DNA of 64,000 nt from Schizochytrium sp. TIO01 (taxonomy: Eukaryota; Protista; Bigyra: Labyrinthulomycetes): NCBI GenBank assembly GCA_004764695.1, contig SMSO01000036.1:2294001-2358000 (forward strand), given 5' to 3'. A program made the position numbers and the translations under genes. The notes beneath the pieces are model-generated. The model had not been told where the DNA came from and did not search any database. It worked only from the letters and a program-made list of their open reading frames with translations. Shown here piece after piece: positions 35,524-47,083 of the stretch (its first letter is position 1; every line of letters starts with the position of its first letter).

Positions 35524-37764
35524 ATGGTGGAGGGCGGCGAGGAGGAGTTCGCCGCAAGGGTCCGTGCTGTGGGTTTGCGTGGACTCGAGCAGGCACTCAA
35601 GATGGCCTCAGATGCGGCAGCGTCTGTGGCAGAGCACCAGAACTCTAACTCAAAGAATGAAAGCGATCGAAGGGATTCTACAGATGCAACGCAAGGCTAT
35701 GCGAGGCAGATGGGTTCAAAGTCGCAGCTTGTGAAAGCGCAACTAGAAACTTCTGAAAAAATGGCATCTTCAGAAAAACTTGCGGATCGAGCTCGAAAAT
35801 ACCTTGAACGGAGGCAAGCTCGCGAGTCACAGCGGAAGTTAGAAATGGAGATCAAAGAAACTGAGGGATTGCAGCAAAAACCCACAATTAATCAGCGTAG
35901 TCAGAAACTGGCACAACAAAGAGGGCGCGAAAGTAATGTGGGACTTGCGCTGTACGCTGATGCAGAAGTACAACGCGTAAGTCGCGAAATTTTGACGGAA
36001 GAACACTACGAAGGTACCATGCATGCCAGACCTGCTATCACAAGGCAAGCGGCGGAGCTTGTTCGAGAGGGAAATGTTGCAGACAGGCTATACCAGCAAG
36101 CGAGGGTAAAGCAGGCACATCAAGCTGCATCAAATCAGACACATCCTGCAAATTCAGCATCAGCACCTTCACTGCATGCTAGCTCTGGCTCAGGTGCCTC
36201 CGGTGCTTCAACCACTGCTTCAGTTTCTGCTCAAAAGCAAAATATATCATCTCAACGACGACTTAGCACACCAGCTGGATTGCCTGTTTCGCAAAGCAAA
36301 TCTTCCCAAGATAATGCCGTAGATCTTGCTGGAGTTAACGAAAGATCTCGCGCGCGACGCGCCAGCGAAATGTCGCATGGGACGCAGGCTCTTAAGCATG
36401 CAGAAGGCCTGTACATGCGTGCACTCGAGGCTAAGCAAGCGCGCGAACGTGCAGTGCAGATGGAGAATGAAAAGTTTAGGAAACGAGCTAATCCAAAGCT
36501 TGGGTCTAAGACGAAGAAGATTGCGGCAGAACTCGGGCAATCATCTAAAGAACGTCTTCTTAATCCTAGTAAGGAAGTGCAAGTCAGGCGCCAGACACGA
36601 CGGGGCTCTGTACAAGAAGAAGACCTCACTTTTAAGCCACGGATTAATCCAACCTCGAAAAAGATTTTACGCAAGCAGCCAGGAGATACTAGTCTAGACG
36701 AAGATCCCAATGCCGTGAAGGCGTCTCCTTATGACCGTTTATACGCAGAATCTAATTCACGAAAAGCACGGCAAGCTTCACTTGAAGTAAAGGCTCAAAT
36801 CGAGCGTGAACAAAGTGAAGTACAAGAATGCACCTTCAAACCCCACATTACTCCATTCGAGCCTTTGGGTGACGAGCACAAATCAAAGCAGCAAGACGTT
36901 GTGGACCGTCTCAAAGATTGGGATACACGTCGGGCATGTCGACTCGAACAGGAGCGCCGAGCAAAGGAGGCTGCTAATGAGCTTGGTGAAGAATACACAT
37001 TTGCACCTAAAATCAATCGGGCACGTCGGCAATCTAATGTAAGCGTGGTCTCTCCCAAAGACACCGAGAAGAAGAAAGCACCAGGCGTCGATGCTTACAT
37101 TGAGCGCCAACGTCGTGCTCGGGAAGAGCGTGAGCGTAAGGAAAAAGCTCATGAAAATACCACAGTCAAATGGACAAATCGTGTAACTATACCCGTGGCC
37201 CCTAAACTCGGTGTCGCAAGTCATCGCGCTGCAAATCTTGATCCGAGCCTTATACATAGTAGCAATCTACCATCAGAATCGTCGAACTCACAGGACCAGC
37301 AGGACCTCTCCGTACCATTAAATCAAACCTCTGTTGAGCGGCAACGCAGGGTGAGCAGCATCGCATCACGTAAATCTATTAGCGGGGCCTCACGTCGTAA
37401 CTCCGAGGTTGACGCAGAAGGTATGCCCCGACGTGCTCCCCCCCCTCGTCCACCGTCCTTGTCACCTGGCCTATCTGATGTTGGAGATATGTCCACATCC
37501 TCGTTTTCAATGCCTTCGCCAGAATCTCTCAGCGGGATTCGTAACCCAGAGGAGGTCCTAGAGCAGGCTAAGCAACAGGTCGCTATAGCAACGAAAATGC
37601 TCAAGACAAGGAAGGCCGCCCAGCGGAAGCAGGATTCGTTACCGCCTTCAGCGAAAATGTCTGTAGAACAGACTAACGAAGGGTCAGTTCGACGTGGAAA
37701 GTTTGATGCATCTGCATCACTTGATCAGTTCCATGTATTAAAGTCTCTTCTTCAGCAGCAATAG
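35524..37764 (+). CDS. Coiled-coil protein with DRLY / TFKPxIN repeats (protist cytoskeletal or flagellar type, function unknown)
   Basis: Long intact ORF, first ATG 35524. Repeats KPTINQRS, LTFKPRINPTS, ECTFKPHI, YTFAPKIN, each paired with (D)RLY-type helices. Confidence 0.75.
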   Translation: MVEGGEEEFAARVRAVGLRGLEQALKMASDAAASVAEHQNSNSKNESDRRDSTDATQGYARQMGSKSQLVKAQLETSEKMASSEKLADRARKYLERRQARESQRKLEMEIKETEGLQQKPTINQRSQKLAQQRGRESNVGLALYADAEVQRVSREILTEEHYEGTMHARPAITRQAAELVREGNVADRLYQQARVKQAHQAASNQTHPANSASAPSLHASSGSGASGASTTASVSAQKQNISSQRRLSTPAGLPVSQSKSSQDNAVDLAGVNERSRARRASEMSHGTQALKHAEGLYMRALEAKQARERAVQMENEKFRKRANPKLGSKTKKIAAELGQSSKERLLNPSKEVQVRRQTRRGSVQEEDLTFKPRINPTSKKILRKQPGDTSLDEDPNAVKASPYDRLYAESNSRKARQASLEVKAQIEREQSEVQECTFKPHITPFEPLGDEHKSKQQDVVDRLKDWDTRRACRLEQERRAKEAANELGEEYTFAPKINRARRQSNVSVVSPKDTEKKKAPGVDAYIERQRRAREERERKEKAHENTTVKWTNRVTIPVAPKLGVASHRAANLDPSLIHSSNLPSESSNSQDQQDLSVPLNQTSVERQRRVSSIASRKSISGASRRNSEVDAEGMPRRAPPPRPPSLSPGLSDVGDMSTSSFSMPSPESLSGIRNPEEVLEQAKQQVAIATKMLKTRKAAQRKQDSLPPSAKMSVEQTNEGSVRRGKFDASASLDQFHVLKSLLQQQ

Positions 37765-38611
37765 TCGCTAGCCTGCGAGGCCTATTATTTTGAATTTTGC
37801 AAGGCACCCAATATCACAGGCATCCCCGTTACTGCCACCCTTGCACATATTGTTCCTGTCACCTTAATCATTTTGTTCCCTCTTCCAAAACTAATACTAT
37901 TACTACTTCACTTTCATTCTCTCTTTTATATCAGAACCCTTTGTGCTGAAAGATTTCTCCCGTTTCTTTTATTCTTCAGGCCACTTCATACAATTATGCT
38001 CATTTTCAGCATTGCAGAAAATCATGACCTTCGCAGCATGAAGAGAGTGGAGCAGCAGACGTCTTCACAATTTTGTTCTTTCTGCCGTCTCTTCCTTTCT
38101 AATTTGATAAATCACAACACTGCCGGACAAAAGGACGTCTATATATATGAGAGCTTTTTGTTTGACTTGCGCGGCTGCGACGTCACTCCTCTGATTGCGG
38201 TTCATTGAGGCTTTTCTGGCACTCTTTCAAAGCTTGCCAGCCTCTTCTGCTCCGCGCTAGGTACAGTAGGTTACATGTGACCAAAGCGCACGTGGCTACA
38301 TTACAAAGAGGAAAGTCTAACTCTTTTTATGTGAAGGCCTGCTTTGGTTCCATTGCCACTCCTCTTTGCGGCCAGCCGCGATAGTGCTGAGACACCCAAG
38401 AGCCTGTGCCTTGGCCAGCTGTACCTACCACGCTCGGCTTAACTCTTGAAGATTACTCTGGTCCTGTGGCGTAATAGGTGCACGCATTAGGATTGTCTAT
38501 TAGGTCCTATGAGCGGCAGTACCTAGTTAATAAAATCTTGGATTCGAGATCATCATCGACGAGCAAACTCACAACGCAGGCATTGACTAATCGCAACCTA
38601 TCGAATACACC

Positions 38612-39646
38612 ATGGATACGTCTGAATGTGAGAGTCCGCGCGTGCTCGTGAGTGACGTCCTTGCTGTGAGCGCTCAGCTCGCGCTAGATGCAGGTGCTGT
38701 AATTAGAGACATTCACGCTCGCGGACCAGCGGCACTTGGCACCGTGAACAAACTCGCTTCAGAAGAAGAAACGTCTGGCGTTGAAGAAGGAGCTGCCAAA
38801 ACAACCTTTGGTGAGGACTTTGACCCCCAAACTGCCGCAGATCGTGAGGCAGAACTGCTGCTGTTGAGAGGTCTGCGGAAATCATTCCCTGGGCTTCAGA
38901 TTGTGGGAGAAGAACACCATTCAGGGCTCTTGGAGAGTACACCCGCGAAGGAGGACGCAAATGCTACCACAAGCACTGTGGACTTTGCGCAATTTCTAAA
39001 CGGGTATGCTAAGGATCACGAGGGCGATGAAAAAATTGAACTTGAACGTGTTCTGGTGTTTGTTGATCCTCTCGATGGGACACGCTCTTTCATCAATGGT
39101 GCATTAGAGTATGTTACCACCCTGGTTGGCATTTGTGTAGATGGTGTTCCAGTCGCAGGTATAATTAGTATGGTTTTTGGAGGTACTATGCTTCTCGGGG
39201 GGCATTGTGTCGGTGGAGTTTTCCATTTCGATGTTGAAAAACCTGATGGCTTGGAACCGGTTCGAGGTGAAAGTAAGCGAAAGGCCGTTATATCGTCAAG
39301 TCGTTCAGAGGGAGTTGTTGCCAAGCTTGTAAAAGAACTTGTTGCTCTTGATATCATTGAGCCTGAGTGTGTCCAAGCCTCTGGAGCAGGCTACAAGTTT
39401 GCTCTTGTCGTAACAGGAGAGGCCGGGATTTATCCTTTCCCACGGCCTGGCACATGTCGATGGGACTCTTGTGCGGGTACTGCTCTTGTTTTAGCGCGTG
39501 GTGGTGCCGTGCTTGATGCTGATGGAAAACCAATTATCTACGACCAGACAAAAAGTGAAAATGACCGTGGTTTCGTAGCTTGCCAAGACCAAGAAGTTTG
39601 TAAACTAATCTGTCAACACATTGCCAATGAAACTAAAGAAGCTTAA
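38612..39646 (+). CDS. BPNT1: 3'(2'),5'-bisphosphate nucleotidase-like, inositol monophosphatase family
   Basis: Motifs DPQTAAD, IVGEE, VFVDPLDGT, GAGYK, WDSCAG. Confidence 0.85.
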   Translation: MDTSECESPRVLVSDVLAVSAQLALDAGAVIRDIHARGPAALGTVNKLASEEETSGVEEGAAKTTFGEDFDPQTAADREAELLLLRGLRKSFPGLQIVGEEHHSGLLESTPAKEDANATTSTVDFAQFLNGYAKDHEGDEKIELERVLVFVDPLDGTRSFINGALEYVTTLVGICVDGVPVAGIISMVFGGTMLLGGHCVGGVFHFDVEKPDGLEPVRGESKRKAVISSSRSEGVVAKLVKELVALDIIEPECVQASGAGYKFALVVTGEAGIYPFPRPGTCRWDSCAGTALVLARGGAVLDADGKPIIYDQTKSENDRGFVACQDQEVCKLICQHIANETKEA

Positions 39647-40461
39647 ATAATCATTTCCCTGCCATCTTTGTATTCATACTTTTAAGTTCGACTTCTATAC
39701 CGCGTTCCAAAGACGATTGGGAGTATCATTTACTCTATCCGGAGCGTTATCTGCTGTTCCGAAATACCTTTCTGAAAATATTGAAATATGGCAAAACTTT
39801 CATAACATGCAATGTTTGATGAAGTTTCGTGCCTCGTAAGATGTATCTTCGTTTATATTGCTGTCTACGGATAAAGGAGGACTTTGCGTCCAGGGTAGGA
39901 AAAGGTTCGTATTGTTTTTTTATATTATGAAAAAAGAAGAAGAAGAAGAAAAAAAGGTAAAGGAATGAAAGGTCTGGGATTGCTTGAGTGACACCATCAA
40001 GATCAAGATAAAACCAAAAATTAATAATGATTTTGAAAAAAGTAATCGATGATTAAATTGCAGAAGGAAGAAGTGCACATGCAGTTCTAATGGTGGATTT
40101 GCCTAAAAGGCTTTTTAGAAAAAAACAAACAGACATGGCTACACGTTTGGATAATGGTGAAGAACTGGCACTCCCTAAAAATGCAAAGGGTGAAAAACAA
40201 AAGAGTGAACTGGGTGGAAAGAAAACAAAAAACTTGGAAAGCCAAAAGAGGCAATCATGAACCGCGCATGCGAATACAGGTTGATGCGCGTATTGCAACA
40301 CCCCGATGACAGGAAGTTTTGTTTCTTATTTCTGGTCGCAGTCTAGTTATTTTTTGTTGTTTTTTTAATACGCAGATTGCACAAGTGCTTGTTGCGACCA
40401 GAATAAAGCTTGACATTAAATGTTCAAGGAAAAGAGGAGCAAGCAACGCTATGTAATTTGG

Positions 40462-41787
40462 TCATGGATCAGCCTTCTTGTTACCTTTTTTCTTGGCATT
40501 GAGAATATTCGTTGCCCAAACGGAGAATTCAGCCCTAGTGCCTGCCGTTTTAATGAACTCATCTTCGAGCAGAAGCTGCTCGCTAGACCATCTTTCCGCG
40601 GGGTCTTTGGCTAGACATCTGGCAAGAAACTGGTTATATTCATCGCTCCACCGACCGGGCTTTTTTAACTTAGGCCCCTCTTTCTGCGAGGCGATAAGCA
40701 TGAGTGCACGGTGAGGAACCTCGTCCATGAAGGGCGGGTCACCCTCGGCAAGCTCCATGGCAGTAATACCGAGACTCCAGACATCGACCTTTGCGTCATA
40801 ATCTTGCTGCTTAATGACCTCGGGTGCCATCCAGTATGGCGTGCCTACAAGACTCTTGCGCTTCGACTCTTCGCGTGTAACAGCAATTGCGAAACCAAAA
40901 TCGGCAAGCTTGACAATTCCATTGTAACCTACGAGGACATTATCACTCTTAATGTCGCGATGAAGCAGATGCTTGCGGTGCATATGGGCAAGCGCAATAA
41001 GAATTTGTTGGCAAACATAAGCCATAAGAGGCTCAGGCCACTTGGGTACGCCGTCACCAACCAAGTCATAGAGGTTTCCACCATCAATGTACTCCATCGA
41101 GATCCAGATTGAATCTTGGTAGGCAATCGCCTCACCGTACTGGACAACATTCGCATGTTCGGCCATAGCATGGATGGCAATTTCCTGCTTAATGTACGTA
41201 AGTTCTTCCATTGGTGCGATTTTAACAGCTTTGATCTCTCCAGTACGCAGGTCGGTGACCTTGTACACAACACCACCTGCACCTTCACCGAGTTTCTTTT
41301 CCTTGCGGAAAATCTTGTTTGGGTCCATCGTTTTGATTTCCCACTTCTCCATCATGAGCGCTTTAAGAACCTGCTTGCTTGGCAACTGAGGTTTCGGGCC
41401 CTGGAAGTGAAAGCGGAGAACGTCTAAGACAACATCAGGGTGTTCTTGGACATCATCCTTGGTAATTCCACTGTTCTTGAGCACAGTCTCCCATTCCGTA
41501 GGGAGTCCTTTGAATCCAGTTTCACTTGAAGGGTCCACCTCCACGTGGTCATGCTTCTTGAAATTGAAGGGCTTGCCAATTTCCATTGCGGCGTGGGAAG
41601 AGTGTCCGCTAATGCTACTGTGCCTTAAAAGGCCCTCGATTTTGCTCAAGCCGCTCTCCAAGCTCTTGGGCACCTTGAACTTCAGTTTCGTCGAGCGCTT
41701 CTTGAATGCCTTCGAGCGCGAGCTTGAGCCAGTGTCTTCTTCATAGCTCTCTTCCTCCTCGTACTCGCTGGGTCTGTATTTACTCAT
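40462..41787 (-). CDS. PAK: p21-activated / STE20-family kinase with CRIB domain
   Basis: CRIB IGKPFNFKKHDHV plus GLPTEW; kinase motifs GEGAGG, AVK, HRDIKSDN, DFG, GTPYWMAPE. Confidence 0.93.
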   Translation of the reverse strand: MSKYRPSEYEEEESYEEDTGSSSRSKAFKKRSTKLKFKVPKSLESGLSKIEGLLRHSSISGHSSHAAMEIGKPFNFKKHDHVEVDPSSETGFKGLPTEWETVLKNSGITKDDVQEHPDVVLDVLRFHFQGPKPQLPSKQVLKALMMEKWEIKTMDPNKIFRKEKKLGEGAGGVVYKVTDLRTGEIKAVKIAPMEELTYIKQEIAIHAMAEHANVVQYGEAIAYQDSIWISMEYIDGGNLYDLVGDGVPKWPEPLMAYVCQQILIALAHMHRKHLLHRDIKSDNVLVGYNGIVKLADFGFAIAVTREESKRKSLVGTPYWMAPEVIKQQDYDAKVDVWSLGITAMELAEGDPPFMDEVPHRALMLIASQKEGPKLKKPGRWSDEYNQFLARCLAKDPAERWSSEQLLLEDEFIKTAGTRAEFSVWATNILNAKKKGNKKADP

Positions 41788-41891
41788 TGTGGATGGTTTT
41801 GCAAGAGTTCTAGTCTGCAGTTTCTCCGCTAGTCGTTACTTTCAAGCAGCGTATACTCGCTGCTGATGCGTCTGCAAGTTATCTTGTATCC

Positions 41892-42674
41892 CTACAAGAG
41901 GCAACTAAGCACGTGCAAAAGTGCTTGAATGAATATTAAGTTTCTTCGCACAACACACCAAGCAATCTGTATACCTTGCTCAAATCCTAACTGTTCACGA
42001 ACACCACTCAGGTAGCAGTGGCAAGCGAATCTCCTACCGTTAAAATCAATGAAGTCTGTCTATGTCAAATTATCAGAGATGTTGCCAATGACAGAGAACA
42101 AGAGAGATTACCCTTCTGACTTCAATCAAGTCGCCAAAGCTATATATCAGAAATTGCAGCGCGCAGTGCTCTCAATCAATGGACCGATCGATCGCTCGCT
42201 CGCACACACCCCTGCTTCGCTGTATGTAAGTGCTGTCTCAAAATTGATGAGAGATGAGGTCCAAGAGCGATGTCGAGCTTTGCGGCGAGGACAAAGGTCT
42301 GCAGCGCCCTTTAGTGAAGAGCCAAACGAAGCTCTCGCAGCAAATATACTTCCAGACCAAGGTCTGACAAGAAGGGTGCGAAGGCGAGTTTGAGCGTGAA
42401 GAGAGAGAGGGAAGTCTCAACTCAACCTGAGGTGATTTACTTAATTCTACAGCGATCCCTCGCTCGCTCGATACGGCGCGCGATGTTGTTGACCGTGCAG
42501 GACCACCAGCGTAGAGGATTACCCGGGCAGTTGCGAAGCGGTATGAGTGGATACCAAAGCAAGTCCAGTGTCACGCAACTCGCGCGAGCACGACGAGCGT
42601 CGATAGACTGGCGGAGCACGCGCCGACTTTGTTTCTTTGTTTGCTTGTTTCTTTGTTTCTTACTTCTCGTTTCT

Positions 42675-42705
<31 letters not shown>

Positions 42706-43143
42706 ATTGAGAAAACAAAACAAACAAAAACTTTCTAATTCTTTTCTCTCTCTGTCTCTTTCCTTAAAAAGGTTCAAACTTATTGATTGTTTGTTTGTCT
42801 TTTGTTATCTCCGCCTTCTTTCTTTCTTGTCGCCTGAGGTCTCTTTCTTAGATTCCGTCTGTCTGTGAACCTCGTCTTCCCGCAAGAGAGCACCGCTGCT
42901 GCTGCTGCTGCTGCCGACAGGTTCCCGAAGACCGCGCTGAGCCGCTGCGAGAGGCCTGCCTGCCTGCCTGCCTGCCTGCCTGGGCTCGACAGCGGCGCGA
43001 GAGGATCAGAACGGCACTCAATGGACGAAAGGATTCGTGAGTGCGAAGAGATTCAAATCAATTCAATTCAATGCGCAAGTGAAAGAATCGAGCGATTGAA
43101 AACGAGGCCAACCAAAGAAAGAAAGAAAGAAAGACTCACGCAC
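41892..43143 (-). other. Possible 5'-UTR intron of the PAK gene, microsatellite-rich
   Basis: Minus-strand AG|GTGCGT at 43143 and CTCTTGTAG| at 41892. Contains (TTTC)n, (GCT)n and (CCTG)n. Unverified. Confidence 0.25.
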
Positions 43144-46100
43144 CTAGCTGCCTCCGAGCTGGCGAGCTGGGTGGCTGCGTGGGTGGCTCGCTGCCTCTCC
43201 GTCTCCAGCTAGGCGGCTGGCTAGCTAGATCGCAGCTCGCTCGCTCGCTCGCTCAATCGCCTTCCGAGTCTGCCTGGGCGCGGGACCCGGGCACGAGGCA
43301 TCCGTGGCCCTCTAAAACTTGTAGCATATATGTCCCCTGTGAGCAGCAAAATATTTGAGGAAACAGCCAGAATCTTGGAACGACCGCGGATTAACATGGC
43401 GCGTTCTTTTCGTTCTTTTGGAGCAAGCCTCGCCCCGCGCGTGCCGCAAGCGCAAACCCGGTGGCAACGGCGAACGGGCAGCACGAAGGCGGATTTGGGA
43501 GCAGGGAGGGGCCCCAGAGGTCTAAGGGACTGCACAGACCAAGTTTGGGCCCCCACAAGACAGCCCGTGCTGCGTATTCCGCTGGGGATGTGCTTGGCAC
43601 GCGTGGGTTGATACGAGTCGCGAAAGACCTCTATAAGCAAGGATATCCTAGGCTCTTTACATCCATGTGCACGCGTAGCACATGGATAGCTTAAAAGCTA
43701 GTAAACATTGCAGCGTGTGATCTGACCCCGTGTGCGAGCTGGGTAGAGTATCATTTACTGGGGGCACACGGGGGTAGAGAAGACGTTTTAGAGTATTGTG
43801 AGTGTGTGCTGCGAAACGAGGTGTCCGAAAGAGGATTCTGTGATGAGAGATCACTCACGGTGTCAGTCCACACAATCTGACACCATTTCAAGGACACGAA
43901 TGCAGAAGCTCAACATCAGCAGATCCAACCAACATCGGTTCACACAATTCAGCAATCACTACCACTGCCTGGCTAACCTATTTTGTATTTCGATTTTCAG
44001 TGAACTGATCGAGATGAGAAAACTATGGATGGATTGATTTTATTATTGTTTAAGGACAGTCCAACTGCAACCAAGGTATTGTATTGATTTCGACTGATGT
44101 GGCCAAAAAGGACACAGCCCAGAGATACTTATGAAGCAGGAAAAGCAGGTGCAGGTCTGCAGAAAGGCGCCCTGAAACGGAAAAGCTCACACGAGAAGAA
44201 TCGACATGTTTTTACTTGAATGCCGGTACCAGCAAAACAAGTACTGCTCGAGCAAAGGCTCTTCGGTCACCAAGAGTTCCAAACCGCGCAATAGTGACAA
44301 TGATGATGATGGGTGCGCAATGAAGAGAGAGGTTCAAGAGATACTGATGAGGTGGATGAAGCGGGACAAGAGCAGTCACGGTAGCTGCAGCTTCATTGCC
44401 AGACTGGTACAGGCAACTAACTAGGTACACAGATGGCTACAAATGCTGAAGAAACGATATCATCAGTCGCTTCTAGTAGACAGACACATGGTTAACATCG
44501 AGAGAAGCCACCGCAGGTGCCAAGATGGGTTCACCTGCTCTGTAATCAGGCAGATTCATCGCACGAGGTACCTTGAAAGCGCTCTGTTCGGTCAGAGGCA
44601 ATTCCTATGAAAACCTTCTACTTGGATTTTAACTCAAGTCAGCACACGTATAATATAACTTCCTATCTGAGTCTGGCCTCAAGACTCATCACCGAATACT
44701 GGCGGAGTCCACAGCTGATCGAGACAGCTTTTACCAAACTTTCTTAAGACCGAGTAGGCATGAAACCTAGTATGCGCAAGCAGCATCAGAAGAGTGTGCA
44801 CCATGAATTACTTCCTACTGCACTTTGACAGATGTCATCTGACACGAGGTCTACTCAACTACTCAACAGCAGGTTCTGCCTGCCAGTTGGTCTGTCGGAG
44901 TGCAAGAAGTGCAGGAAACTCCTCGCGTTCGTACGATTGGTTGCTAGGTAGGTAGACATTTATTTACTCATAAAGGTATCGAGATACAGAGTTCGTCGTT
45001 TTCTTTTCTTTTCGCTTCTTCCTCAATGTTTCTAGGTCACACTGTTGTACGTCTGTCGTGAACTCCGTTGACTGGTCAGAAGAACTTTAGGCGCTCACTT
45101 GCTACCAAGATTGCGCAGAAATTAGCACAGATGGGTGTACCATTCTAGTTCGAGGAGCCCGTGACTGGTCTCCAAGGCCCGTCAGTGCGTATCAAATGAT
45201 ACAGGCCGTGATCCTCCTAATTTGGAGTAGTACGGAAGCACCAGAGTAGTTTTAGATTTTCGCTATTTAATAAAACAAATCATTCATACAAATAGAAACG
45301 AAAAAACCCTGGTTTGTTGAACCACAAAGTCGAGCTGTGAGGTGCGAGCTTGCTGTTCAGTAACCCTTCAAAAGAATAAATAAGTAATAAAATAACTAGA
45401 ACGTGTGTCTGTATTCGCAGCTTGGTTGATTTAATTAGGGCTATCCACATAGGTAAAAAAAATGCTGGTGAGAGAAACTAAATAAAGTAAAAGCTCTGAT
45501 CAATCAGAGTACAACAATGGGAGAATTTAGTTATACGATCGCTAAAAACGAAATATTGATTGGTGAAAGATCTTTCGAAAGAATGGCAAATATCCCAATT
45601 GCAAAACCCATGCGGTATTACGTTCACAAAAGTCCATTTTCAATCATCTCTGTTGATCGAAAAAGTAAGTCCCTGGTGTTTTGTGGGTCGCTAGATTGTT
45701 CTTTTCAAAGAAATCTAGTTCTGCTCTAAAACTACGGAAGGCAGACGGCTCCCAATGCTTGGCGAGAAAGTTTCAAGAATTTACAATCTTGTCTGCAGTG
45801 CAGATTGCACGCTAGCTTGTTCACAACTACAAAGACAATGCCTGTGATGCGCATTGCACTGCCCTCAGGCTCCCTACTAATAATTCCATTAGTGTTTCCG
45901 CGCGACTTACTCAGTGTATGTTAAGGAACACCATTTTTTCCTTCACTGCAACACAATCATACGTTTTGTTTTTTTTACTGCCCACTGCCATGATACTTCC
46001 CTTGTGCATTTTATTCGCTCAAACGTTTAACGATTTATATCACTTCTCGAAAAGGATGTGGCATTCACTTCAACTGTAGGTTTCGGTGTAGGAGCAAGGT

Positions 46101-47083
46101 TACTTTATATATGCTAATTATATCAGGACTCTGTTTTTGCCTGCAATGCTCTATATCATTCGTTGTGCCTTCCAAAGTTCATGGCGCAAGACAAGGTTAT
46201 ATATACTGTTCAAAATGCAAAACCCACAGACAAATCAGCCATCTTTGCACATGTGGTGAGGTTGGAGCGTGTGCAAACCACACGCTCCAAAACTGCTCTG
46301 GCCTTCACACGCTCGCACATTTTCTTACCTCCCCTGACTACAAATCTTGCGCAAGTCCTAAAGTTATATACTACTAAACCTAGGCGAAAACTCCCAAACT
46401 TGTGTGTGTCGCGAGCACTGTGCTAGTGCCATGAGCGATCCAAAACACTGGGAAACACAAGTCTGCCGTGCTCATTTTCCGTTCAGTCTATGCACATTTA
46501 GTTTCTGTGTATGTATGGACATGTGTACAACTTTTCAGGGAGCTTTTAATTTTGAAAGTTATAGTTATAGTTTGTTAGTTTGGTTTTTTAGAGTTCTCTC
46601 CTACGTCATCACTACTCATAACTACTAGATGGTTACTCTTTCTTTTTCTTCTTTTGACAAGAAACGTTGAGACTTGCCAGGTCATGGCTCATTGTTCTCC
46701 ACCACGTCCCAGAATCTATATGGTCTCTTTACAACACATTGTCCTGGAAACTTACACCCTATCCTTATCCTAAGGTTGAATGAGAAAGGGTCACCTCTAT
46801 ATTTGCCTTTGCCTGATTCCAAGAAGTTATGTAGAGGCCAACTCATAAAATCTTTACGAAAATGAAAAGGAACTTTTAGTTCATTGAATACTTTTTTCCT
46901 CTCCGCATCTATGCTCATTTACCTATTACTTCAACGATCGATCCCTCCGTTACGTAGGTTGCAGAACATTATCGATCTACCATTGCTTTGACCGCTGTCG
47001 CGGGATCTCGCGAGGCGGGATAGGTGATAGACCTGGGCTCTGGAAACACCTTAGCTTATCTCAAAGAGGGTTTCTGGAGGACA

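Noticed and set aside
42049-43694. Cluster of 60-140 aa ORFs upstream of PAK
   Set aside because: GC-rich, microsatellite-laden promoter or UTR-intron sequence with no protein motifs.
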